A DNA stretch of 64,000 bases from the human T2T-CHM13v2.0 reference genome, Homo sapiens. This document shows positions 13,971 to 26,920 of this stretch, piece after piece; the stretch's first letter is position 1; each line of letters begins with the position of its first letter. The position numbers and the translations under genes are program-made. The stretch lies in the NCBI RefSeq assembly GCF_009914755.1, contig NC_060929.1; one strand, written 5' to 3'. The notes beneath the pieces are model-generated. The model was not told the DNA's origin. It saw only the letters and a list, made by a program, of their open reading frames with translations, and ran no database searches.

Positions 13971-15619
13971 CTGCTCCAGTTAAGTAGCCTGAAACACAGA
14001 AAATCAGAGTATGTGGTGGTGTTTTGCTTATTGTCTAGCAAGTTACAACCAAGTCCCTTGCAGAGTTATATCACAAAGCCACGTTGTGGCACTCTATTTA
14101 AAAACTACTATATGGAGCAGGGACTTAAACAATAAAGAAAGATTTTCCCTTAAGTTATACAGTTAAAATTCATAATGACTCTCCCTTATATATTCAATTA
14201 TAACTATGATAAATAACTATGATAAAATGTGCATAATGATATAAATCTCATGTCAGGGCAGAATCAAGAGCCTACAATTGATTTAAATACTCACAAGTTC
14301 AAGTGATATAGATGCATTTTGCAATGTCAAATTAGGTAAAATAAATCTACCCAGATGTCTTGCCAAATATGCGTACACATAGTTGCAGCCTTCAGCTACA
14401 TCATACATATGTCCCCTTGAAACAGATGTATATCCATATTCACTCAGGAAATTGTGTGTGCTTGCATATCAAATATAAAAGAAGAATGAATGTGCAGATG
14501 AAAATAACTGCTCTCTAAAGGAAAACTCTAAAATTGGTGCTAAATTTGTGTTTCTGTCCATATGTGTTTATGCACCTTGAGTTGTATGTGAGCAAAGTGT
14601 GTAATTCTGCTGTTCCTATTCCTGTTGCATCATTGAGGCACAGAATTTATGTAAAATATCACCCTAAATGAAGCTTCATTTCACTGGAGGCATTCCTTTA
14701 AATATAGCAGGTAAACACTGAAAAGCACTTTGTGGTTGAGGAGCAATATAACTCAATATGTCTACACAGGAAATCAGAAAATATAATGCTACTGTAAAAA
14801 ATGTAATTGCTAATTCTTTTCTTTAAAAGGGTTATAAGGCTTTCATTTTATAGTCCTTTTCTTCTTACAAATGCAAGGCATGCTCATTTTAGAAAATTTC
14901 ACAAATTCACAGAGGTACAAAAGGTAGAAAGGGGTTGGAAGAAAAAATAAACTCACTTCTTCACACATCCCTCATTCAAATACACATCACCATGTCAGTT
15001 TTACACAAAGCGTTTATACGTTTTACTTTGTATGAAAAGTACAAAGTATAACGTAAGATTTTCCAGACTATAGAAGTCTTTATGCATTTCTGTAATGTGC
15101 CCAATGTAACAGAAGACAGAGGATGAGTTAAAAGTGTTAACATTAAATTTTGGCTTGATAGTAGATAGAGCAATATCTATAATAATATTAAATGTAAAGC
15201 AGCAGTTTAGTCAAGAGCTAAGAGTTAAGATTGCTGTGAAGGCATTAGAGACAGACAACACAAAAACATTCCCCTTATTCTAGACAGAGCTCTAAAGCTT
15301 GGGATACCTCCTGGCACAATCATCATTCTAGAAGTCTAGAACCTTCATAACCTTTAGTGTTGATTCTAAATTTTGAGACAATAATTTTAAGAAAAGCTAG
15401 TTTATTTTCCCCTCCTGTTTTCTAAAGATTTATTCAGATAATTACAAGTGGAGAAGGAGAAGGAGGTAACTTAATATTTAACTATGTATTTGGCACTAAT
15501 AAGTGATGGTGTCACTAATTTCCAATGGTTTCTTGATGTACAGTTTCTGGAAACAACATCTGACAGAGATGGAAGATAGTAATCGCACACTCAGCTCATA
15601 GGGTTATAATAACACACAA

Positions 15620-15830
15620 ACATTTCACATACTGTGTAATGGAAACTCTTCTGCTGTCCTCTTAATTCTCTCAACAACTTGATTAATACGTGATACCGTT
15701 TTCTCAGTTTTACAATTGAGCAAACTGAGGCACAGAAAGATTATGTTAAATTCTTAGCGTCACATAGGTAGCAATTGCAAAAGATGGGCTGTCAACTTAG
15801 GTACCCTGGAATTGGGGTTGGAATTTATAA
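15620..15830 (-). mobile_element. MIR SINE
   Basis: ttaattctctcaacaac...ttttacaattgagcaaactgaggcacagaaagatta, MIR core antisense. Confidence 0.8.
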
Positions 15831-15934
15831 TCACTGAAGCAGAGTTTAGAATTATCTATCATTAACATACTACTTCACTTTTTCCCCTAAACTTGTATTT
15901 TGATGTCATTAAATTTTTTTAAAGATATTATTTT

Positions 15935-16414
15935 TAATTTTTAAAATTTTTTAATTTCAATTGTTTTTGGGGTACAGGTGAGTTTGTGTTAATGGGTAAG
16001 TCATTTAGTGTTGATTTCTGAGATTTTAGTGCACTCATCACCTGAGCAGTGTACACTGTATGCAGTATGTAGTCATTTATTCCTCATCACTTTTCCAACC
16101 TTCCCCCCGAGTCTCCAAAGTGCATTATATCATTCTTATGCCTTGGCATACTCATAGCTTAGCTCCCACTAATAAGTGAGACCATATGACATTTAGTTTT
16201 CCATTCCTGAGTTACTTCACTTAGAATAATCACCTCCAGCTCCATTTCAGTTGCTGCAAAAGACATTATTTCATTCATTTTTATGGCTGAGTAGTATTCC
16301 ATGGTGTATATATACCACATTTTCTTTAACCATTTGTTGGTTTATAGGCACTTAGGTTGGTTCCATATCTTTTCAATTGTGAATTGTGCTGCTCTAAGCA
16401 TGTGTGTGCATGTG
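15935..16414 (-). mobile_element. L1PB-type 3' end, 5'-truncated insertion
   Basis: gtttttggggtacaggtg...gatttctgagattttagtgcactcatcacctgagcagtgtacactg. TSD ttaaagatatt(a/g)tttt at 15919 and 16415. Confidence 0.9.
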
Positions 16415-16429
16415 TTAAAGATATTGTTT

Positions 16430-16720
16430 TAAATGATGGCATAATGTTCCATCTTTTAAAAATATTATAACTGATCTAATAATTTCTCTATTTTTAGATT
16501 GTTTCCACTTTCTTGCTATCATCATTATGGCTGTGAATATACTGGAATAAATATCTTGTTACTAAGTTAATAACTTTTAATTTAAAAAATTTCTATATAA
16601 ATTAAAAAAATATTTTCCAAAACAGTTTTACCAATAATATTTTCATCAGGAACCTATGAGAACACTCAGAACACCACGTTTCCAGTAATAGGAAATATTA
16701 TCAACTTAATTTTACTGTGT
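16430..16720 (-). mobile_element. Older L1M fragment flanking the L1PB
   Basis: atggcataatgttccat...tttagattgtttccactttcttgctat, a decayed antisense L1 ORF2 end. Confidence 0.55.
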
Positions 16721-16789
16721 TGGGACTTTGCTATCTTTGAGGTGATTCTTATAGACTTTATGCATCAACTTTCATGTTTATTTCTATGA

Positions 16790-17000
16790 ACTGGAATATA
16801 GTAAAACATGAGAAAAATCCGGATTTGAGTGTGATTCTGGCAAATTTTAGCTCTATGACATCACACCTAAATTCTCTCTGTGCTTCAGTTTTCTTGTCTA
16901 CCTGTTCTCTTTAATTTAGTGGTTTGTGTTTTTATAAAGGATGAAATAAAATATTATGTGAACGTATTTCATCATGTATAAAGTATAATCTAAATTTATG
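16790..17000 (+). mobile_element. MIR SINE (diverged)
   Basis: ggatttgagtgtgattctggc...ctctctgtgcttcagttttcttgtcta. Confidence 0.6.
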
Positions 17001-17195
17001 ATAGTAGCTATTGATAATATATACAATGGATGAGCCATATTTTTCCCCTATGGGGGAAACAGAAAGTGCTGAGAACCTTGATACTGTTTATTATAGTATT
17101 GAAGTTAATCTAGCTCAATCTCTTTTATTCTTTAACTCTGATCTAGTCATTCAGCATGAATTGAATATAACAATCAGCTAAATCTACAATACACG

Positions 17196-17458
17196 TGTCT
17201 TAGCCTATTTGGGCTGCTGTAACAAAATATCATAGACTAAGTATCTTATAAGCAACAGAAATTTATTTTGGTGGACGAGAAGAGGCAGGTCCTTCAAGCC
17301 TTTTTTTTTATATATATAAGGACACTAATCTCACTTTTGAGGGCCCCATCCTCATGATCTAATCATATCCCAAGGGCCCTACCTCCTAATACTGCCACAC
17401 TGTGGATTAGGTTTCAACATATGAATTTTTTAGGGACAAAAACATTCAGACTATAGCA
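17196..17458 (-). mobile_element. MSTD/MLT1A-type solo MaLR LTR with internal deletion
   Basis: Both termini present (tgtcttagcctatttgggctgctgtaacaaaat ... aacattcagactatagca) but only about 260 bp long. Confidence 0.85.
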
Positions 17459-17609
17459 GCACATTTCCAAAGAAAGTGACATTAGTAGATGCATATTCTT
17501 TTAAGGTCATGAGACAAACACCAGAAACTAAATTGAGGTCCATAGAATTTTATCCTCATGTAAAACATAAATATATGTTTTATAACTTACACTCCGACAT
17601 GATCTTTTC

Positions 17610-18390
17610 CACTTTTATTTTTAAATGAACATTATTTTTCAAGCAGCTTTAGTTTTACAGCAAAATTTAGGGGAGAATACAGAGTTTTCTGTCCCCACTA
17701 TCAAGATTTTGCACCAGAGTGGCACATACGTTGCAACTGATGAACCTACATTGACACATCATTATCAATCTGTAGTTTATATTAAGGCCCCTTCTTGTTA
17801 TATATTTTATGTGTTATGACAAATGTACAATGACACATATTCATCATGATAGTATCATACAGAGTATTTCCACTACCTTCGAAATGCTCTGTTCTCCATG
17901 TATTCATTCATCCCTGCCCCTAAACCTTAGCAACCATTGATCCTTTGATTGTCTTCATAGTTTTTCCTTTTCTGGAATGTCATATGGTTGGAATTATATG
18001 TTATATGGCCTTTTCAGATTGGCTTATTTCACTTAGAAATATGCCTTTAAGTTTCCTCCCTGTCTTTTTGTTGCCTGATAGCTCATTCCTTTTTAGTGCT
18101 AAATAATAATTCATCGTCTAGATGTATTTTTATCTATTCATTCACCTACTGAAAGACATATTGATTACCTAGGTAAATTCCAAGAAGTGTGATTGCTGGA
18201 TAGTATAGTAAACATATGTTTCATTTTTTAAGAAACTGCTAAACTCTCCTCCAAAGTGGCTGTGTCATAATGTATTTCCTCCAGCAATGAAAGAGAGCTC
18301 CTATTGCTTCACATTCCAGGCAGCATTTGTTGTTGTTACTGTTTTATATTTTGGCCATTGTTATAAGTGTGTAGTGTCACATGATGTTTT
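17610..18390 (-). mobile_element. L1MC-type 3' end
   Basis: gcaccagagtggcacatacgttgcaactgatgaacctacattgacacatcattatca; ctccaaagtggctgtgtc...ccagcaatgaaagagagctcc. Confidence 0.85.
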
Positions 18391-18959
18391 TACAACAGAA
18401 CATATATCAGAGTTTACAATAGCTCTATGCTTATCACAATACAATTGAACCTGTTCTTGAAAAGCCTGAGTATTCTTAGAGAGCTTTCTTCCTGGACAAA
18501 AAAATAATCTCAGACCTTCATTATAGAAGTAATACAAACAGGACCTATAGTGATTGCTAGAGCAGTGGATTATATATTCAAATAAAAACCAAAAGAATAC
18601 TTATATATTGTTTTACTTTATAAACACTCTTATTCTCTTAAAATATGTAATATTACTCTAGTATTATGTACTTCTGTCCTTTAGCGTCCTTAAGGCATTT
18701 TTCAGATACTATTTAAACAATTATTACAATCAGATGAAATGAATTAATGGGAGATATTATGTCCAATCTGTATATAATAGGAGTACAAGGCATTTGTTTA
18801 TTAGCTGAATTATGAACATAAATTTTTCACTCTGACCTTTATTGGGTGTGTGACTAAGAATTAACTGGGAACTTGCAATATAGAAAAGCCAATTAACAGG
18901 AGCTTGAATAGGTCTATCATGAATGTTTCTACCAGCACTAAGTATAATCAGACAAAACG

Positions 18960-20340
18960 TTAAGTAGGATATCAATTTCTTACATATTTGACTGTTAATT
19001 AGTCTGCATTTGTATTTTTTCTTATTAAATATTTTTAAAAGAAGATTGGGAGGACAACCCTTTTTACTCCTTCTATCTTATTATTAACTTTTAAAAAGTA
19101 CAATTTAGTGGGTTTTTTTGGTATTGTAACTCATCTTGCTAGAAAAGACAAGAAAATTATACCTCTAGTAATCATATCCATACTTCACATACTATTTCAC
19201 TATTTATATATGACATTGTTGTTTATATAGTCATTACTCGTTTAGATTTGCATATTTAGCATTTCATTTCTCTTTGTCACTTCTAGATCTTTGCAATATA
19301 CTCTAGAGTTCCTTTAGGAGAATAGTATTTATTAGTGTGGCTTCATGGTAATAAATTCCTTTTTCTTCTGCCTGAAAATGTTTTGATTTCACTTTTATTC
19401 TTGGAGGATATTTTAGGTAAAGGAATTCTAGGTTGACTTTTTTTTTAATCGTTTATTTCATCACATTGAAGATGTTCCATAGTCTCTGGCTTCTATTGTT
19501 TCTTTTTTTGAAGTCATCTTTCAGTTGTTCCCTTGAGTGTAGTGTATCATTTTTCTTATGGAGGTTTTCGTTTATTTTACTTTTGTTATCTGCATTCTGA
19601 CACTGCTGTGTTTAGCTGTGAATTTCCTTGAATTTATTTCACTGAAAAGTTGTTGAGTTTTTTCAATTTAGAAATTGTTGTTGCCTCCATTTCTAATAAA
19701 TTTTAGTCAAAATTTTCCAAATTTAACTACTTCACCATTTGTTATCTTATTATAATGTGAGATTTCAATTAAATATGTTATCTCTTCTAATATTACTGTC
19801 AATATATATTAAATCTCTTGCAATTTTTTATCCTTTTATTTCCTCCCATCATTAATTATTTCTTCATTTTATCTATTTACTTTAAAAGCTATTGATTGAA
19901 TTCTTAATTTCAGCTATTTTTTTTCCCAGTTCTAGTATTTCCATGTGGCAGATTTTGAATTCTGACATGTAACTTTTGATTTTCTGAATCACTGCCAAAA
20001 TTTTTAATCTTGTCATTTAACTTCTCTTGAGTAGATGAGGTAGTTATTTTAAATTCTATGATGATTCTACTTACAAGGAGATAAATAGAATCTGAGTCTG
20101 TTTCTGTGATCTTGTTTCTTCCGGTAGTCATTCACGTTGTTTTATCTCCTCAATTGCTTTATCTATTTATATTTCGTGCTGGATATTTCATTCATAAAAC
20201 TCTGTAGTAATACCTTGAGGACTTAAAATAATATTAAATTATTCAAGGAAAAAAATTCTGTTTGCTTCTCCTAGGCATCCACAGGTACTGGCCATCTGGG
20301 AAACCTTTGATACATTATTTGAGAACTGCAGGATTACTGT
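18960..20340 (-). mobile_element. Ancient L1M ORF1/5' region
   Basis: T-rich strand with ttcttggaggatatttt...gaattctaggttgac...cacattgaagatgttccatagtctctggcttctattgtt. Probably continues around the MLT1 LTRs to about 21400. Confidence 0.7.
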
Positions 20341-20364
20341 CATTGTGGGAAAGATAAATATTTT

Positions 20365-20650
20365 GGGATGCTGAAGTCTAAGATGCGGCAAATCCAGTGT
20401 CTGTTAGGAGTCAGCCTCCTAATTTGCATATGGCTGTCTTCTTGCTGTGTTCTCACGTGGCGGAGAGCAGAGAGAGAGAGGAAGCAAGCTCTCTCATATT
20501 TCATCTCATAAGGTCACTAATTCTAGCTTGAGCCCTCCACCGTCATGACCTAATTACCCACACACAGCCCCACATCCTAGTACCATACCATTGATGCTTA
20601 GGGTTTGAATAGATCAGTTCTGAGGGGACAAAAGCATGCAATCCATAACA
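20365..20650 (-). mobile_element. MLT1A-type solo LTR (partial)
   Basis: ggctgtcttcttgctgtgttctcacgtggcggagagcagagagag...gcaagctctc...catgacctaattaccc...caatccataaca. Confidence 0.85.
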
Positions 20651-20760
20651 GCCTCCTAGTCTCCTCTGGATTAGCAAATGTCTCCAAGGTAAAAGCATTC
20701 CCACATGCTGGATTACTTCAGAATTTTAGACCAGCAGTTCCTCATTACCATGTTAGCCTC

Positions 20761-21288
20761 TGTATTAATGAATGTTCTATGACTGTTGCATCAACAATTG
20801 ATCCCAAACTTAGCAGCTCAGAATAACAATATATATATTTTTAACAGTTTCTGTGGGTCAGAAATCAAGGCAGATCATGGCAGGATTTTTCTCAGGGTCT
20901 CATAAAGACAAAATTAAGGTGGCAACAGGGGCGTGGTTCTCATCTCAGTTTCAGGATCCTTTCCAAATTCCCTGTTGAGGAAAGCTATTTCCTTCTTATC
21001 TGTTCGATGGCTCCCTGTAACTTCAAGCCATCCAGGGCATGATGAATCCCTCTTCATGCTTCAAATCTCTGAATTCCTCTTCAGCTTCTGCTTTTAAGGG
21101 CTCATGTTATTACATTGCACTACCTGGGTAAGCCAGGATGATCTCCCTATTTTAAGACCAACTGTTTAGTGATCTTAATTATATCTGGAAGGTCCCTGTG
21201 ACTGTAACAAATGCATGGGTATGATAGCATACTTGCCAGCCCAGGAATTAAGGCATAGAATCATCTTGGGGACTGTACTTCTACCACA
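20761..21288 (-). mobile_element. MLT1D/E-type solo LTR
   Basis: cccaaacttagcagc...acagtttctgtgggtcagaaatc...ttttaagggctcatg...caggatgatctccctattttaag...ctaccaca. Confidence 0.82.
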
Positions 21289-21499
21289 TTCACCAGTGCA
21301 TCTAGGAAGGATTTGTTTCTCTTTAATATTTTTTCAGTTTTTTGGTGTTTACAGCTGAAGCATTAGACTGAATACTTATTCTGTCACTACTGGAAGTAGA
21401 AATCCTCTTAGTAGAATTTTAGTTTATGATTAAAAGTTTGTCTTGTAGTTTTCTCTTCTTGTCCAGCACAGCAGGTAAGAATGCCAGCCTATGTGATTG

Positions 21500-21710
21500 G
21501 CTAAATTCAGTTTCAGGTTTCCACTGACTTCTATACGGCTCTCTGCAATGTTCTTCATTTAGTTCTGGTTCTGTCTTTATCTATTAATTTGAAGTGACAT
21601 TGCCTACCATATTGAATTATTATGAGGATTAAATGAACATATACAAAATTATTCAGAGCACTAAAACTTCTACAGTAAATGTAAGTTTTCAGAATGTTAG
21701 TTATTATTAA
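21500..21710 (+). mobile_element. MIR SINE (diverged)
   Basis: ccactgacttctatacggctctctgcaa...ttattatgaggattaaatgaa. Confidence 0.55.
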
Positions 21711-22778
21711 TCAGACTTTAGTATAATGTGTTTATATTACAAAAAACTACAATTAAACAGGAAAGCAAGCTATTTACCTGTGTTTTTATCTCTAAGGAAA
21801 ATACATCTTTTGAAATATTGGACCTCATTTTATATTTCTGATATCAATTCTGCCAGTAAGTTACAACTAGATATTTAAATAAAATGAAAACAACAACAAC
21901 GACAACAACAACAAAAACCCAGCAATGACATCAGTGAAATTAACTCATTTTATCCTTCTTTAGTCTTGACTTTTATGACATTCTGGAGTAGATATTTAGA
22001 AAATAATTTAAGAGGATAAGACCCAATCATGTCCAAAACAAATTGTTTTGCCCCGAGATCAGTTTGTCATGAGCTATATTTGTTTTGTTTTTCCAGTCCA
22101 TAAAAATACTTTCAAAAAATATCTCAGCAGTAGGCAGTAGACAATGTCAGAAAAAAGTAATCTGAGTCCTAGAGCTACATATTCAGCAGATATCATTGCA
22201 GCTTTTACCTTAAACATTGTTGAACATGTTTGAATTCAAGTTAAAATATAATGTTTCAGTACATTCACACCTTCTGTCAAAGAACAGTGTCACAAATAAT
22301 TATGAAGAACTCAGAAAACAGCACAAAAGGCCATCTGTGAGATCTGAACAGATGTAGCTGTTCAAATCCTTTGTTCACATTGAAGTTGGGAACTCTCAAG
22401 TTTTAACAATTGGTGTTTAGATGTGTAGAAACCAACAATGGAAAAAAAATCAATTGTAGGAAAAATGATTTTTTAAATTTGGGTTATTTAAAAGTTCTTT
22501 TTCCTATTATACATAATTTATTCCTTTTATACATAAAAATGATTCCCTGTAAGAAAAATAAAACTACAATAGACACAATAAAAGATTAAAACAGAAGAAA
22601 TAGCAACCATTAGAAATTCCTTTATGTCGCTAATCAGATTTAACACTTTGTATTAGACATAACCCAATTGAAAGATTAGAAAGATGTTGTTGCTAAGAAT
22701 AAGGACGTGCTGTCTCCTAAATCAAGTGTTCAGATGTGTTTACTCTTCTTCATTTTCATCAAAAGCATCCTTTAAGAC

Positions 22779-22960
22779 TGTGGCCTTAAGCTTTACCACA
22801 CTTTGGACTTCTTAGAAGATATTGTTTAAAATCCTCTGTCTGACTTTACCACAATTAATCAGAATCTTTGGAGATAAGACCCAATTATTATTCAGGTTTC
22901 ACTTATTTGGTTATCACTTCCCAAGTGATTCTCATATGCAATCAAGTTTAAGAACCAGTG
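22779..22960 (-). mobile_element. MER5B/MER5A-type hAT-Charlie MITE
   Basis: aattaatcagaatctttggag...cccaagtgattctcatatgcaatcaagtttaagaaccagtg terminal sequence. Confidence 0.7.
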
Positions 22961-23744
22961 TTTTAAGAGCTATTGTGAGCTAGGTATAGGTGGTGTTTGA
23001 AATAAAAGTTTATGTAAAAAAGGAAATAAGCCCAAAAATAACTATGGATGTTATGGATTATAAAATTAGTAAGTGTACTATTGTCATTAAAACATTAGCG
23101 TTTTCATAAAAGTTGATGTATATTAAATTACCTACTTTTCATTTCCTATATGAAGTCATATATAGAACTCAATCACTTAATGAAAGTTAAAATGTGAAAA
23201 TTAGTAGATACACATCTTTCATTTACTATAAGACAAAAGACTAAAATGTTTGAGTTGGAGAATTAATGGAGGTAACCTAGTTAACTTTCTACAAAATCTC
23301 AATTGCATTCTTCAATATCCTTTTTAATGAATATTTGATCTCTCAGCATTTCAAGTTTACTTATGGAAGTATAGGCAATATTGTTGGAAATGTTTAATTC
23401 TTGGAATATCCTCCTTTACAGTGAATTTACATGTCCTTCTAAATTGTCACAGTTGGACCTCTTTTTGCCTTCTGGATCACTTTGCAACAAGAGAATTGTT
23501 CTCTAAACATCTTTCAGTTTTTCATACAAAACTATGGCATGACTTAGCTAAAAAATAAATTCCTCTTAAATAATTAAAATTGCATAGTTGAATTGCTTAA
23601 ACATGAACTTAGTAATAACCTAAATTAAAGGGAAGCCAAGACATTTGCCTAAATACATAGCAACAATAATGAAGGAAAACAAAAAGAAACCCTGAGAGAA
23701 ACTAAGGGTTGAACTGTTTCTCCCAAACTTCGTATGCTGAAGTC

Positions 23745-24140
23745 TTCTTCTGTTTGCTACAGCTGCAATAACAAAGCACCACAGACTTGGTGTTTTAAGC
23801 AACAGAAATATATTTTCTCACAATTCTGGAGACTAGAAGTCTGAGGTCAACATATTTGGCAGGGTTGGCACAGTTGGTTTCTGTGCAGGTCTGTTTTCTT
23901 GGCTTATAGCTGCCAGTTTTCTCCTGGCATCTTCACACGGTCTTCCCTCTGTATATATCTTTGTCCTAATCTCCACTTCTTATAAGTGTACCAAACATAC
24001 ATGTTTATGGTCCACTCTAATGACCTAATTCAAACTTAATCACCATTTTCAAGACCTTGTGTCCAAATATTGTCACATTCTGAGTTACTAGGTGTTTCGA
24101 CTTCAACATATGGATTTGAGAGGGAGACAATTCAGTCTAT
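23745..24140 (-). mobile_element. MLT1B-type solo LTR
   Basis: gctgcaataacaaagcaccacagact...ctcacaattctggagactagaagtctgagg...gtcacattctgag...gacttcaacatatg...gacaattcagtctata. Confidence 0.88.
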
Positions 24141-24163
24141 ATATACATATGTGAATGTGTGTG

Positions 24164-24197
<34 letters not shown>

Positions 24198-24198
24198 T
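24139..24198. repeat. Compound (TA)n/(TG)n/(CA)n microsatellite
   Basis: Directly visible between the two MLT1 LTRs. Confidence 0.9.
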
Positions 24199-24199
24199 A

Positions 24200-24613
24200 A
24201 AAATTCCAAACCCCTACTATCCCAGAGTATGCCATTCACTGAAAATAGAGTTAGTTGCTGCAGATGCAGTGGTTAAGTTAGAGGAAGGACTTAGTCCACT
24301 CCAATGTGAACAGTGTCCTCCTATAAATAATAATGAATACAGATACACACAAGGAGAATGCTGAGTGAAGACAAATGCAGAGATCAAAGTTGTACATCAT
24401 CTATAAGCCAAGGAATGCCAGCTTGCCAGCAAACTGCCAGAAGCTAGTAGAGAAGTATGGGGCAGATTCTTCTTTGCAGTCCTCAAAAGGAATCAACCCT
24501 GCTGATACCTTGGTCACAGACTTCCTGCCCCAGAACTGTGAGACAATAAATGTCCATTGCTCTAAGCCACCCAGTTTGTGGTACTGATACAGCAGCCCCA
24601 GAAAACTAATATA
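24200..24613 (+). mobile_element. MLT1B/C-type solo LTR
   Basis: aagccaaggaatgcca...ccagaagctag...aggaatcaaccctgctgataccttg...ccagaactgtgagacaataaat...aagccacccagtttgtggtac...aactaatata. Confidence 0.88.
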
Positions 24614-25699
24614 CCCACTTTTAGAACAGTCTTTCAACACTGATAAAAATTTAAAAACTAGTTTTATTTTTTATAAAATGAATACTTAAGCATTTGATGA
24701 GCAAATCATCTGAAATAATGTGTGTGATTAGGTGTATCATGCCAAAACAAGAGTCATTGAGAAATGACTGAAGTTATCCCTATGAAGAATCCAGAACAGA
24801 TAATGAACACAATAATAAATACAAATTGGCCTTAAATGAACTTTCAAATTAAGGTTAAAATTACTTTATTCCTATCTGAGTTATTCACAGAGCTCTCCTG
24901 AATAAGTAAAAAATAATTTGTCACCAGGATTTACTTAATTAGCTTCATCACAATGTTAATTAAATATTTTTAAAAATAAAATGTGGTATGACTTTCTTAA
25001 TATTTAGCTTACATACAGTTATAATCCTAAGCATATTTCAAAAACTACGTTAAAAAAGGAGCAAAATTCAAAAAATATGCATTTATATGAAGTGATCTTT
25101 TATCGAAATTAAACTGTCATTTTCTTTGTGAATCTTTTTTTTTTTTTAGTTTAGCATATTCATTTTATGTGTCATACTGTGATTCATTTCTCCCACCAAG
25201 TTTTCTTCTTTTAACATCTATGAACACTGTGTTGGTTGATTTATATGCGCCCATGATGTCATATTTTTGCCAATATAAAATTTTAAATTGATGTGCATCA
25301 ATTTCCATGTAAAGTCAGCCTCTCTTCTTCCCTCATAAGCCCAAGTCCGTGAAATGAACAATACATGTTGTAGCCTGGGCAAAAGCACAAATGAAATAAA
25401 AATATCGTTATAAGGTATTCTTGTTATTTATTAAAGTGAGGGGGGTTCCTTCCTGGACAGGGTTGACTTTACTCGACTAGTTAGATTGGTAGAAGAAACT
25501 GAGGCATACTTATTTTAGCCTCTTCTTTCTTCATTTCCAGATTGGCCAGCTTGCAGAGAAGGCGTATTCTAGTTGCTATCCTATAACCAAATAGAGAGTC
25601 TGCCCAGACTTACAGTTGTGAAGACTGGGGAAGTGTTGGGACAGCCAGTCAACAATATCCCCCTAGGTTTCCCATCCTCCAGCCAGGATTGAACAGATC

Positions 25700-25900
25700 C
25701 AGAGTTAAGTCTCTGCAGACCTGGGTGTGGTATCTTGCCCCCTATGTCGACTAGCTGTGTGACTTTAGGAAAGTTTTTAAAATACATTGTGTCTTAGTTT
25801 CTTCAAATGTAAAATGGATCTGATTCTATAATCTCCTTCTTCCAGCTTCTGCACAATAGACATGTGCTAACACACATTAAATGCTTAGAAATTGTATGTA
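25700..25900 (+). mobile_element. MIR SINE
   Basis: cagacctgggt...actagctgtgtgactttaggaaagtt...cttagtttcttcaaatgtaaaatgg. Confidence 0.8.
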
Positions 25901-26719
25901 TTCAAGAACAGTATTCACTATTATTGATCGCCAACTGATTGCCTTCTATGTTCTGTCCGTAATTGTTCAGAATTTGGCTATAGCAGATAGTAGTATCATT
26001 TGTTGACATCTGATTCCCAACATTTTTAGAGCAACAACATAATAAAAAAAATGCAAAAAAGTTACAAAAATTATGGCTATCCCTCAAGGATATATTTTCA
26101 GAAACTACTGGGAAACCCTAATCTAGAGAAAGAAAATGAAACTAAATATAAACCCATTCCTATGTTTATAGCATTTTTCACATTATCTAATTAAGTGTAA
26201 TAAAACCATGGCTATAGTCATTAATTTAGGGAAGGGCTATAGTTCAAGGGCTGGCTGGTTTAAAGACTTATTTTTGAAACTCTACAGCATACTTTATACC
26301 CAACTTCTTCTCCAAACACTGGTAACTCATTGCTTTAGGATGCAGGAATCAATCTCTGCCATTACCATGAAAAAGAATGATTCTCTCACTAATGAGTTGA
26401 ATTTCCCCCTCTAAGACACCCATGCACCGGTCTTGAGATGGGGTCTACGATAATGTTCTTAGTAGCAGTATTCACAAGAACCGTTGTAAACCTGTTTCCT
26501 AAAATATAAAATGGAAATGAGTAAGATAGCCACAACATAACATTGTTATGACCCCAACATGAGAAATTTATGTAAATTTATCAATAAGACAATGAGTGCA
26601 GATAAGTGTTCTGTAAAGATTAGACATTGTTCCTTCAAAAACAGTCTCATTTATAATTATGGAATATTATTCCTTCTTGGCCATCTATGCTCAGTTTAAG
26701 GATTCAATTCAGCTTATAG

Positions 26720-26920
26720 CAGAAAATGGACTTTAGGTCAGTTACATCAGTATCTGAATTGCTGAATCTGCAATTTATAAGTTGTGTGACCTTGAAGAAA
26801 TATGTGATCTCTTCTGAATTCCAGCTTCTTCATTTATCAAAGATGTTACTGCCACCTATCGCAACTACCTCAACATAATACAAACCTATGTGATATGTGT
26901 AGCCGTACATTAAATGTGTG
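26720..26920 (+). mobile_element. MIR SINE
   Basis: aaatggactttaggtcag...ttataagttgtgtgaccttgaagaaat...cagcttcttcatttatcaaa. Confidence 0.7.
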
